Positions 28,304-37,368 of a DNA stretch of 64,000 bases are shown in pieces; within the stretch, counting starts at the first letter, position 1, and each line of letters opens with the position of its first letter. Location of the stretch: contig WRLU01000007.1 in the NCBI GenBank assembly GCA_009777475.1, positions 6,532-70,531 on the forward strand. The letters run 5' to 3'. The position numbers were made by a program, and so were the translations under genes. This stretch comes from Oscillospiraceae bacterium (GTDB lineage: Bacteria > Bacillota > Clostridia > Oscillospirales > UBA929). The notes under the pieces were generated by a model that ran no database searches, was not told the origin of the DNA, and saw only the letters and a list, made by a program, of their open reading frames with translations.

Positions 28304-30433
28304 TTAGTGCGTTAAGCTTTTTACGTCAATAATCAGGCTTATGCTGCCATCGCCCAAAAGGGTACAGCCGGAAATTCCGTAAATCTGACCAATACGCTCG
28401 GTGATAAAGTTGGGAATAGGCTTGACAACTGCCTGCTGCTCCCCTACCAAGGCATCAGCAAAAACCGCGGTCATGCAATCATCGTCTTCTATCATAATCA
28501 TTATGCCGTCCTCAAATTGCTCAATTTCGGTGTCGACACCAAACAGGCTGTGCAAGCGCACAATGCTAAAGCACTCGCCGCGGTACATAATCATCTCATT
28601 GCCATCGGGGTCGATGATGATATTCTCACTCTTGGGCTTGTAGGTCTCGCGTATATTGAGTGTGGGAATGAGGTAGTTGTTTTTTCCCACGCTGATCTCA
28701 ATAGATTGCAAAATTGCCAATGTGAGCGGTATTCGGATATTAACGGTCATGCCCTCGCCCGGCGATGAGTCTAAATCAACGCTCCCGCCGACCTTTTCAA
28801 TATTTTTCTTAACAACATCCATTCCCACACCGCGCCCGGAAAGCTCGGTCACGGCATCATTGGTGGAAAATCCGGCGTTCATTATAAACTGATACACCTC
28901 TTTGTCGGTGTATTCGTTTTCGGGACGAGCCAACAGACCGTTCGCCCTTGCCTTGTTCAGAATTTTTTCGCGGCTGAGGCCCTTGCCATCGTCTGAGCAG
29001 TAGATGATGACATCTGAGCCGGAGTTGCGTGCCTCAAGTACAATTTTTCCTGCAGGCGGCTTGCCTGCATTAATCCGTTCTTCCTTGCTGTCCTCAATGC
29101 CATGATCCATTGAGTTTCTGATGATGTGCATCAGGGGATCTGAAAGGTGGTCGATGATATTTTTGTCAACCTCGGTCTCCTCTCCCAAAATAACAAGCTC
29201 TGCTTCTTTGCCAAGCTTTTTAGCTGTATCACGCACAATCCGGGACATTTTGTGGAATGTGGAGGATATGGGCAACATACGCACCGACATGATAATATCC
29301 TGAAGCTCTCCTGTGTTTTTTAGAAGCTGCACGGATGCTTTTTCAAAATTATCTAATTCCAGCCCATCCAAATCAGGATTGTTGACCACCATGGAAACTG
29401 AAATGACTATTTCACCCATAAGATCCATCAGCTTGTCAAGCTTATCCACATTAACACTAATAAACCTCTGTTTAATTTCTGCGGCCTGAGGCTCCGCTGG
29501 AACCGCCGGAATAGGAAGAGGCGGCTCCTCAACAACGGCAGCCGGAGTCGGCTCCTCAACAATCTCAGGCTTTTTGCTTTTGGCCTTCTTTTTCTTGGGC
29601 TTGGCTTCCTTTGGAGGGGCATCCTCCGGGGATTTCCCCGCAGGAGCATCGGCAGGGGAAGCGTTATTCTCACCATCGACTACAATATCAAAGGTTTTTA
29701 CAAACAGAGCCTCGGAAATTACCGACTCTATCTTTTTCAGCGGAACAGAAGAGTGTATTGACAGCTTTACCCCTGATGCGATAATTTCGTCAGAGCAATC
29801 CTCCAGCAAATCATGCGGCTCTGTTTCTATCTTATCGGCATATTCGTTCAAGGTGCTGACAATGGTGTAGGCTCGGATATTCTCCATTTTACAGCCTGGC
29901 TCAAAGAAAATTTGGCATTTGTACACATTTAACACGTTTAACCCATCCTCTGCTTCCAAGTTTTCTTTAGCTTGGTCATCTTCATCCCCATCATTCTCCC
30001 CGCTGCCTTCCCCTCCGCTATTTTCCGGCACCTGGCCTTCGTTGAGCAAGGAGTCCATGCATTTAGCAATACGATCTAAGGTTTCCGACATATCGCCATC
30101 TGACGGCTTGCCGTCCTGTATCTTAGAGACCTCCTGCTTGAAGAAATCTATTGCCTCCAAGCAAATATCGGTTATTTCTCCCCAGTCCGGCTCTGCCTCC
30201 CCATGCTCCCGGATAAAGAAGAACATATCCTCAATTTTATGCGCCAACGCGGCGATCTCATCGTATTCCATCATGGCCGCCGAGCCTTTGATGGTATGCA
30301 TAATCCGGAAAACCTCATTGATGTGTTCAGAATTAAGACCTCCGGCGTGTTCGCCTTCAATCATAACCTCCTCTAGCTTTTCGGTTAATTGCACATTTTC
30401 AAATATGAACATTTCCAGCATATCATTGGACAT
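28304..30433 (-). CDS. cheA: Chemotaxis histidine kinase CheA
   Basis: HPt motif MHTIKGSAAMM, dimerisation and HATPase domains (DDGKGL, GRGVGMDVV) and a C-terminal CheW-like domain. Confidence 0.95.
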   Translation of the reverse strand: MSNDMLEMFIFENVQLTEKLEEVMIEGEHAGGLNSEHINEVFRIMHTIKGSAAMMEYDEIAALAHKIEDMFFFIREHGEAEPDWGEITDICLEAIDFFKQEVSKIQDGKPSDGDMSETLDRIAKCMDSLLNEGQVPENSGGEGSGENDGDEDDQAKENLEAEDGLNVLNVYKCQIFFEPGCKMENIRAYTIVSTLNEYADKIETEPHDLLEDCSDEIIASGVKLSIHSSVPLKKIESVISEALFVKTFDIVVDGENNASPADAPAGKSPEDAPPKEAKPKKKKAKSKKPEIVEEPTPAAVVEEPPLPIPAVPAEPQAAEIKQRFISVNVDKLDKLMDLMGEIVISVSMVVNNPDLDGLELDNFEKASVQLLKNTGELQDIIMSVRMLPISSTFHKMSRIVRDTAKKLGKEAELVILGEETEVDKNIIDHLSDPLMHIIRNSMDHGIEDSKEERINAGKPPAGKIVLEARNSGSDVIIYCSDDGKGLSREKILNKARANGLLARPENEYTDKEVYQFIMNAGFSTNDAVTELSGRGVGMDVVKKNIEKVGGSVDLDSSPGEGMTVNIRIPLTLAILQSIEISVGKNNYLIPTLNIRETYKPKSENIIIDPDGNEMIMYRGECFSIVRLHSLFGVDTEIEQFEDGIMIMIEDDDCMTAVFADALVGEQQAVVKPIPNFITERIGQIYGISGCTLLGDGSISLIIDVKSLTH

Positions 30434-30635
30434 CCGTTCAGCACCTGCCTTATCTGTCTATATAGCCAAGGGGTTTGCAAGGTATCTCCCGACACCCCAG
30501 AATCCGCCTTAGGGCATTATACATGAAAAGAGAAAAAAACGCCATAGGTATTTTGCATAAACTTTTCCTTAAATGCACGGCACATCCTAACAAGTGATAT
30601 AATTTTTTCGGCACATTGCATAAAAGCTCGCTGAC

Positions 30636-31706
30636 TCAGCCTAACAGCTGCAGTACAGACTGCGGGATCTTGCTTGCCTGTGACAGCATAGCAGCTGCCG
30701 ATTGGGAAAGAACCTGATCCTTTGCAAGCTCCATCATTTCTTTTGCTACATCTGCGTCCCGGATACGGCTTTCAGCCGCCTGGAGATTTTCCCCTGTGTT
30801 GCCTAAGGAGCTCATGGCATGCTCCAAACGGTTCTGCACCGCACCCAGCTGCACCCTCAATTCGCTGACCCGGGCTATGCCGGTTTTTGGGTCCGCCCAC
30901 TCCTCGGGCTGTGTGCCGTCTTCATTCAGGCCGTCTATCACGTTTACCAGAGAGTGGAAAGCGTTGACCGACCAAACATACGGATAGCCCTGAGCCTCCA
31001 ATGTCCCATCCTCTATCGGCAAAAACCCGGGGCCAACGGCATTGCAGCCTTGGCGTATCAGCATTCCCCGCTTCCCTGTCCCATCCGGTGCCTGCCAAAA
31101 CGTTGGGTCATCATCGGTGTCAACGAATGTGAGAAGCGAATGGGCGTTAACGCTTGAAAAGCTGAGCGGAATCGCATCCTGGCATACCGGATCCGCCCCG
31201 GCCTGGAGAAAAATTCTGCCGATTAAATCATCGGCATCCCATCTCGGGTTGAAGTGGTTATCAACATACGGTGAGTCAAAATCACAGTACAGTCCGCTGA
31301 GGATATATTTGCCGTTGAAATCTACACTATCGGCAATGCGGTCTAACTCAAGGCAGAGCTGTTCTATTTCGTCCATGACGGCGATTCTGTCCTCGGGTGC
31401 GTTGATATCGTTCGCGCCTTGAAGGGCCAGCTCTCGTATGCGGTGGAGGATATCGTGGGAGCCTTGAAGGGCACTGTCTGCGGCCTGGAGCATTGATATA
31501 CCGTCCTGGATATTTGCACAGGCCCTGTGTACCCCTCTTATCCGGGAACGCAGCTTTTCCGATATAGAAAGTCCCGCGGCATTGTCTGCGGCACGGTTGA
31601 CCTGGAATCCCGAACTTAACCTTTCGGTAACCTTGGCCTGCTTGCGCCGGGTTTTATCCAGCTGTATCAGGGCATGAGCCGCCGCCGTATTGGTTCTTAT
31701 TCGCAC
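30636..31706 (-). CDS. Flagellin
   Basis: N-terminal RIRTNTAAAHAL...RLSSGFQVNRAADNAAGLSISEKLRS and C-terminal ...LSQASKIPQSVLQLLG. GTG at 31706 gives the usual MRI(R)TN start. Confidence 0.9.
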   Translation of the reverse strand: MRIRTNTAAAHALIQLDKTRRKQAKVTERLSSGFQVNRAADNAAGLSISEKLRSRIRGVHRACANIQDGISMLQAADSALQGSHDILHRIRELALQGANDINAPEDRIAVMDEIEQLCLELDRIADSVDFNGKYILSGLYCDFDSPYVDNHFNPRWDADDLIGRIFLQAGADPVCQDAIPLSFSSVNAHSLLTFVDTDDDPTFWQAPDGTGKRGMLIRQGCNAVGPGFLPIEDGTLEAQGYPYVWSVNAFHSLVNVIDGLNEDGTQPEEWADPKTGIARVSELRVQLGAVQNRLEHAMSSLGNTGENLQAAESRIRDADVAKEMMELAKDQVLSQSAAAMLSQASKIPQSVLQLLG

Positions 31707-31900
31707 AGACTCATCCCCCCGCTTCTGCTCCCGCAGCACAACATCCTCTTTATTCTATCATATCTTAATTAAAAAGAAAAGCTTTTTTTCAGAATCCGCC
31801 CTCTTGTCAAAGCTTAAGGCTTCTGGTATTGTTGTGGTACTGGGCTCCACACTTTAGCTTCCTAATGATGCCCGGAATAGATTTTGGGGGAATTGGTAAA

Positions 31901-32722
31901 ATGAGTGCCGAACCTATGCGGTTGCTGCTGGTAGAGGACGATGTGTGCGAAGCCATCAAGTTTACGGAGGCCGCCAAGCGCAGGACAGACATAGCCTTTG
32001 TGGGAATGACAGATTCATCTGAGGATGGCATGGATCTTGTCAAATCCCGGTTGCCAGAGGGCGTTATATTAGATTTGCAACTGATTAAGGGTTCCGGATC
32101 CGGCATTAAATTTTTGGAGGATTTGAGTGAAGCCGAGCTGACCCTCCGCCCCTTTGTCGTGGTTACAACAAGCAACCAGTCAGAAGCTGTTTGCAGGCTT
32201 GCCGAGGCATTAGGTGCGGATTTCTTTTTCAGCAAAACACAGCAGGGCTACAATGAGGACTTTGTCATTGATACCCTGCTGTCATTGCGAAGGGTTTTTA
32301 ATGCCAAGCAGAAAAAGCAGGCAGACAAGCCTGTCCAAAGTGATTTGCGCAAGTCAGCGGAGCTGGTTGAATCCCCTGACGACAGGCAGAGGCGTATATA
32401 CAGCCGGATTGATACCGAGCTTGACTTAATCGGCCTCCGGGCAAAGCTTAAGGGCCGCCTGTACCTCAGGGATGCCATTTATATTCAAATACATTCTAAA
32501 AAGCACAGGGGCTCGGGGATAGAGGAGGTTGCCGCAAAATACAGCTACACATATGCATCCATCATCAAAACAATGCAGACAGCAATTAACGATGCCTGGG
32601 ATCATGGGGACATAGATGAAATTATGGTTCACTTTACCGCACGCGTTGCCGCACGAAGCGGGGTTCCCTATGTATCCGACTTTGTCCACTATTATGCCGA
32701 CAAGATAGGCAACAGCATCTGA
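31901..32722 (+). CDS. Spo0A-like response regulator (receiver domain plus Spo0A C-terminal-type DNA-binding domain)
   Basis: Receiver RLLLVEDD...VILDLQL. The C-terminus LIGLRAKLKGRLYLRDAIY...IIKTMQTAINDAWDHGDIDEIMVHF parallels Spo0A IGVPAHIKGYxYLREAI...ERAIRHAIEVAW..GNID. Confidence 0.8.
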   Translation: MSAEPMRLLLVEDDVCEAIKFTEAAKRRTDIAFVGMTDSSEDGMDLVKSRLPEGVILDLQLIKGSGSGIKFLEDLSEAELTLRPFVVVTTSNQSEAVCRLAEALGADFFFSKTQQGYNEDFVIDTLLSLRRVFNAKQKKQADKPVQSDLRKSAELVESPDDRQRRIYSRIDTELDLIGLRAKLKGRLYLRDAIYIQIHSKKHRGSGIEEVAAKYSYTYASIIKTMQTAINDAWDHGDIDEIMVHFTARVAARSGVPYVSDFVHYYADKIGNSI

Positions 32723-33002
32723 TGACCTTACAGCAGTGTTAAGGCGGCCTTAGTGGGATGTCCGCCCCCGGGCAGGCTAGAAGCTCCGCCTCCCCCACAA
32801 GGTGCCACAGGGTGTTAAATGGTCGTTTATATACATGCCGCACCATATGGGAATTGTCCTTCCGCATGGTACTGTTTAGACGTAGTTCCAGTCGCAGTGT
32901 CTGTTTTTCTGATTATGCATCTGTTTCCCTGGAGTGCTTAGTTGGTGAAATGAATCCTCCCGGAAGAGGTAGGCTTGTTTTGGCTTTCAACCTACCGATT
33001 AC

Positions 33003-33047
33003 AAGGAAACCGCCGTTTGTGCAGACGGTGGTTTCCTTGTGTTTTTC
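33003..33047 (+). terminator. Strong intrinsic terminator
   Basis: 15-bp stem CAAGGAAACCGCCGT / ACGGTGGTTTCCTTG followed by TGTTTTT. Confidence 0.8.
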
Positions 33048-33130
33048 CGCGGAAAGCGGCGGTTTGTCAGCAGGGGCAGGAAGGATATTGGTTTACATAA
33101 GTTTATTTAATCATCTTTGTGTACACCTCA

Positions 33131-33169
33131 TATCACACAGAGTTATCCGCTCTGCGTGATATCTTTTTA
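33131..33169 (+). terminator. Imperfect 13-bp inverted repeat with a T-run
   Basis: ATATCACACAGAG - 7 nt - CTCTGCGTGATAT followed by CTTTTTA. Confidence 0.5.
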
Positions 33170-33231
33170 TCAGAGCATAATTTACATAACATCGTTGTTT
33201 GGATCTGAGAAAAGAGGGAGGGGAAATATAG

Positions 33232-33273
33232 TGGCATTGTGGAACTGGATTAAGCGTTTGATGGTCCGGTAAT
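33232..33273 (+). CDS. Candidate 13-codon mini-ORF (MALWNWIKRLMVR)
   Basis: GTG lies 7 nt after a very strong RBS, AGAGGGAGGGG. A terminator follows about 40 nt downstream. It sits between the Spo0A-like regulator and the kinase genes. Confidence 0.25.
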
Positions 33274-33313
33274 TATTGTTTGGATAGTTAAAACCTGGGT
33301 TCATTTTTATAAA

Positions 33314-33364
33314 ACAGGAGACAACGGAAGGAAAGTCCGGGTCTCTTGTTTTATATTTTTTTTA
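33314..33364 (+). terminator. Intrinsic terminator after the mini-ORF
   Basis: AACAGGAGAC / GTCTCTTGTT stem followed by TTATATTTTTTTT. Confidence 0.7.
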
Positions 33365-33409
33365 TGATATAATACTAAAAAGGAAGATGATGATACAGGG
33401 GAGTTAAAT

Positions 33410-34927
33410 ATGTTTGAATTTGGCGTTGATGCAGTCAGGGCTATGGGAACATTGCTTGCAAGTCTGTATATTTTCAAAAGGTCGGTCAGGCAGCAGGTGA
33501 CAAATAAACAAACAATGCTTTCTGTGCTGTTCTGCATGGTAGCGGCGGCTTTATATGCGGCAGCAGTGCCTTGGCTGGCTAGACCGAGTACATATTTGAT
33601 GGAATGCCTTTTATCCATTATTTTTATTTTGCTCATAATCAGGAGGAAGATTAATACTGTTATACCAGCCTACCTATTTTCTTATTGTGTTAGCAATATA
33701 CTATATTATATTACTGTGCCTGTTGTTACAGTCATCTTTGCCGCTGTCATTGACCCTCTCTTGGGCAAAGGGTATATTAATTATGATATTGTTGATCTTA
33801 ACCAGCCTGTTTATCTTTTGTTGTATTCAGCCGTATGCGCCCTGCAGCTTTTATTTTCGGCCCTGCTTTTCAAAATCAGGCGGTTTAAGAATGGCTTTCC
33901 CTTTTTATTTGAGAGGGGCTCCGCCATCATGGCATTGGTTTTTGCGGGGACCATAGTGTTTTTTTCAACACAGCTGAATGCCCTTTCAATGCAAAGGAAT
34001 ACCTCTGCCATGGATTATTACATTGCGGGAATTGCCATTGCCGGAACAGGCATTTTCATATGGTCCCGCAGGGGGCTGCAAGCTTACAGACGTAAACGGA
34101 CAAGGGAAAACAATGAAAAGCTTTTAAGGCGGGAAAATACGGAGCTGCAACGTGAAATCTGTCAACTGAAGGAAAACGAGGAGATCTTCAGGATTGCCAA
34201 TCACAGCATAGCCCACCGCCTTAACGCTATGTCCCGGCGTGTTGCGGAATTGCTGGAAAAATCCCAGGAATATAATTTTTCCGCCGAGTTCAGTCGTGAG
34301 CTGGCTGCTGCCGCGGTCGATATTCGCAATCAGCTGAATGAATACGGCGCAGAGATAAACGCCAAAGCAAGAATAGATATAACCCTGCCCTCGACCAATG
34401 TGAGAATGATAGATGAACTATTTGGTTTATTCGCCGAAAAATTTGCCGCCAACGGCATCAAGTTTAGGCTGATAGCTACTGGCAGTATTATATATATGAC
34501 AGAGAATATAATTAAACAGGGCAGGCTGGAAACGCTGATTGGAGATTTGCTGCAAAACGCGCTGATCGCAATCGAGGCGGGAAGAAGCCACGTAAGCAGT
34601 ATTTTAGCTGTAATCGGTGAGTCAGGCAGCTGTTACGAGCTTTCAGTACATGACAGTGGCATACCCTTTGAGCCAAGCACATTAATGCGGCTCGGCACGG
34701 AGCGGATAACAACCCGCCAATCCGGCGGCGGAAGCGGAGCAGGCATGATGAAAACCTTTGAAACCATAAGAGAGTGCAGCGCAAGCCTAATAATCACCGA
34801 AAACAATGGCGGCGAGTTCTCCAAATCAGTTGCCGTCCGCTTTGATAACAAAAATCAGTATATTATCAAAACCCACCGACCCGATGCCTTCCCGCCCGGT
34901 GACAGATACACAGTCTCCGGGTATTGA
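33410..34927 (+). CDS. Polytopic sensor histidine kinase (GHKL ATPase, AgrC-like architecture)
   Basis: About 6 N-terminal TM segments, a coiled coil, a His region (IANHSIAHRLNAM) and a C-terminal ATPase (HDSGIPF...GGGSGAGMM). Confidence 0.8.
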   Translation: MFEFGVDAVRAMGTLLASLYIFKRSVRQQVTNKQTMLSVLFCMVAAALYAAAVPWLARPSTYLMECLLSIIFILLIIRRKINTVIPAYLFSYCVSNILYYITVPVVTVIFAAVIDPLLGKGYINYDIVDLNQPVYLLLYSAVCALQLLFSALLFKIRRFKNGFPFLFERGSAIMALVFAGTIVFFSTQLNALSMQRNTSAMDYYIAGIAIAGTGIFIWSRRGLQAYRRKRTRENNEKLLRRENTELQREICQLKENEEIFRIANHSIAHRLNAMSRRVAELLEKSQEYNFSAEFSRELAAAAVDIRNQLNEYGAEINAKARIDITLPSTNVRMIDELFGLFAEKFAANGIKFRLIATGSIIYMTENIIKQGRLETLIGDLLQNALIAIEAGRSHVSSILAVIGESGSCYELSVHDSGIPFEPSTLMRLGTERITTRQSGGGSGAGMMKTFETIRECSASLIITENNGGEFSKSVAVRFDNKNQYIIKTHRPDAFPPGDRYTVSGY

Positions 34928-34928
34928 T

Positions 34929-35330
34929 TTATTCAGGGAGTGCTGCAATATCGTTCAGTGCTTTGCTATGCATTTGCAGCACCCGCTGTTTGCTGTAATT
35001 CATCTCTAAGGCGATTTTTTCCCATGAGTGACCCTTGATGTACCTATGCCTCAGCACCCTGCGGGATGCACTGTCTAAACTGTCAATCATAACCTCAACC
35101 TTTATGCGAAGCTCTGTTAAGCACCTGAGCCTTTCGCTTAAAAGCTTGTCAACTTTTTGCAGCTTGTCAATCAGAAACGGATATGAGTCACGAAATCCTG
35201 ACTGACCCGGCGTAAGGCTGAGGGCCTTTGTCCACCGCTCCGCCTTATTGCGCCAAACCAAACGCTCGTCCTCTAGCTCCTGAATTTCTTTAAGCATAGC
35301 TATATACTGCCTGAGTTCGTTCTTGCTCAT
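34929..35330 (-). CDS. Small sigma-70 region-4-like HTH protein (DUF1492 / phage late-regulator-like)
   Basis: N-terminal coiled coil. C-terminus SASRRVLRHRYIKGHSWEKIALEMNYSKQRVLQMHSKALNDI is a region-4 type HTH. ATG at 35330 has RBS GAAAGGGG. Confidence 0.6.
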   Translation of the reverse strand: MSKNELRQYIAMLKEIQELEDERLVWRNKAERWTKALSLTPGQSGFRDSYPFLIDKLQKVDKLLSERLRCLTELRIKVEVMIDSLDSASRRVLRHRYIKGHSWEKIALEMNYSKQRVLQMHSKALNDIAALPE

Positions 35331-35350
35331 CGGCAATTGCCCCTTTCACT

Positions 35351-35406
35351 ACAATATCCTTTAATGGATGTTATAGTAGCAGTATATATCCATTAAAGGA
35401 TATTGT
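35351..35406. repeat. Perfect 19-bp inverted repeat with an 18-nt spacer
   Basis: ACAATATCCTTTAATGGAT (35351-35369) and ATCCATTAAAGGATATTGT (35388-35406). Confidence 0.9.
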
Positions 35407-35493
35407 CAAGGCCTTTTGAAAAAAATTTAATGCCCGGCGCATAAGTACGCACCGGACACTTTTTATAGTAAAAATCCCCTATTCTATTTGCAG

Positions 35494-37347
35494 TCACCCA
35501 CGCGCACGCATTGCGTTGAGTACGGCAATAAGTGAAACGCCCAAATCTGCCGCCACCGCTAGCCAGAGGGGGGCGATGCCAATGGCGGCCAGAGCCAGCA
35601 CAGCAACCTTGCATGAGGTTGTAAAAATTATATTCCCACGAGCCAATGCCCGGGTCCTCCGTGCTTTTTCCACAGCCTGGGGCAACTTGAAGAGTTCCCT
35701 GCCCATAAGCACTATATCGGCGGCCTCCATTGCGGCATCATTGCCGGCACCTCCTATGGCAATGCCAACATCGGCTTTTATCAGGGATGCCGCATCGTTC
35801 ATGCCATCGCCTATGTAAGCTGTGGCTCCTGTACATGACCCCATAAGCCCTTCCAGCTCTGAAAGCTTGCCGGAGGGCAAAAGCCCTGAGCTTACGTGGT
35901 CTATGCCAAGCGTTTCCGCAGCCTCTTTAGCCGGCTCCTCTTTGTCGCCTGTTAACATAGCGGTTTTTATGCCCCATTTCCGCAGAGCCTGCACCGTTTC
36001 ACGCGCCTGCTCCCTAAGAGGGGCGGCAAATCGAAAATAACCTATGAGCCGACTGTCAAGAGAAATATACACAACTGTACCCGGCAATTCCGGCAGATCC
36101 TTTACCCCAAGCCTAGTTAAGTATTCATGGCTCCCGGCATGTATAATCTGTCCCGCAAAGCTTGCCGTTACGCCTAGCCCTGGAGTCTCCATATATTTTT
36201 CCGGCTCCGCGCCGACATCCCCGCAATGGGTGCGTAAGCTGACTCCCAATGGGTGGCTCGAGTGGTATTCGGCAATGGCGGCACAGCGGTTAAGCGTAGC
36301 CTCATCGGCACCATCGGCACAAACGGTCTGGGAAATGCCGAAGCTGTCCTGTGTAAGTGTTCCTGTTTTATCAAAAACAGCAAGTGCTATACCTGCCAAG
36401 GAATCCATGGCTGTTCCGCTTTTTACTAATATTCCGGCCTTGGCCGCACCGCCGATTCCGGCAAAATAGCACAAAGGGATTGAAACCACCAACGCACACG
36501 GACAGCTGGCAACTAATAATACTAAAGCCCTGTAAACCCATGTACCCCATTCGCCATCGAAGGCAAGAGGCGGGATAACCGCAACCATAAGAGCTAAAAG
36601 CATGACAATTGGCGTGTATATTTTTGCAAACCGGGTAATAAAGCGTTCGATTTTTGCCTTACCCGACTCTGCCTGTTCAATGAGGCGAAGGGTACGAGCG
36701 GCCACTGTTTCCTGGGCGGCTAAGGTTGTTTCTATTTCAATTACGCCGCTAATGTTAATAGTTCCGGCGAAAACGGCATCCCCCTGCCCTATGCCCCGGG
36801 GCTGTGATTCCCCGGTTAATGAGGCGGTGTTCACAGAGGTTTCCCCTTTTTTAACAATACCGTCTAATGGAATCATTTCCCCCGGTCGAACCAGCAGGCG
36901 AGATCCTACGGCGACTTCTTCTGCGTTTTTTGAAATCACACTGCCATCGCCGGTTATTAAATTAGCCGTATCGGGAGTTATGGCACACAATTCGGTAACC
37001 GAGCGGCGCGAGCGGGCTACCGCGCTTTCCTGCAAGGCTTCACCGATTTGGTAGAGTGCCATAACAATGCCGGCCTCCGCTGCCTCCCCTATACACAGGG
37101 CACCTATGGTTGCCGCCGTCATCAGAAGGTTTTCGTCAAAACGGAATCTGGTGCGGAGAACAACATCATACCCGGCAACCGCCCAGCCTGCAAGCTGCAA
37201 GGCAAAGCCAAGCCCGGAAAAATACGCCCCGGCGAAATGACCGCAGACAATCAACGCAGCTGATACGGCAACTCTTATCCAGATTATATTTCCTGCCGGA
37301 CTATTTACCCGGGCATGCCCATGCCCATGGCTGTACTCGTGTGCCAT
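35494..37347 (-). CDS. Heavy-metal translocating P-type ATPase (P1B)
   Basis: CPC in a TM helix (SCPCALVVS), DKTGTLT, GDGMNDA and a His-rich N-terminus MAHEYSHGHGHA. Confidence 0.95.
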   Translation of the reverse strand: MAHEYSHGHGHARVNSPAGNIIWIRVAVSAALIVCGHFAGAYFSGLGFALQLAGWAVAGYDVVLRTRFRFDENLLMTAATIGALCIGEAAEAGIVMALYQIGEALQESAVARSRRSVTELCAITPDTANLITGDGSVISKNAEEVAVGSRLLVRPGEMIPLDGIVKKGETSVNTASLTGESQPRGIGQGDAVFAGTINISGVIEIETTLAAQETVAARTLRLIEQAESGKAKIERFITRFAKIYTPIVMLLALMVAVIPPLAFDGEWGTWVYRALVLLVASCPCALVVSIPLCYFAGIGGAAKAGILVKSGTAMDSLAGIALAVFDKTGTLTQDSFGISQTVCADGADEATLNRCAAIAEYHSSHPLGVSLRTHCGDVGAEPEKYMETPGLGVTASFAGQIIHAGSHEYLTRLGVKDLPELPGTVVYISLDSRLIGYFRFAAPLREQARETVQALRKWGIKTAMLTGDKEEPAKEAAETLGIDHVSSGLLPSGKLSELEGLMGSCTGATAYIGDGMNDAASLIKADVGIAIGGAGNDAAMEAADIVLMGRELFKLPQAVEKARRTRALARGNIIFTTSCKVAVLALAAIGIAPLWLAVAADLGVSLIAVLNAMRARG

Positions 37348-37368
37348 GTTTTGATGCTCCTTGCCGAC

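Noticed and set aside
32955-32975. CCCGGAAGAGG, reminiscent of the SRP RNA domain IV GGAA tetraloop region.
   Set aside because: The flanking conserved SRP nucleotides (..GGAAGCAGC..) and the symmetric or asymmetric loops are absent.
32758-33159. 133-aa plus-strand ORF in the regulator-kinase spacer.
   Set aside because: It reads straight through two terminator hairpins, has no RBS and has an implausible Arg/Ser/Cys-rich composition.
33320-33341. GGAAAGTCCGGG, which resembles the universally conserved RNase P RNA motif.
   Set aside because: It forms the loop of a simple terminator hairpin, and there is no surrounding ~350-400-nt RNase P architecture.
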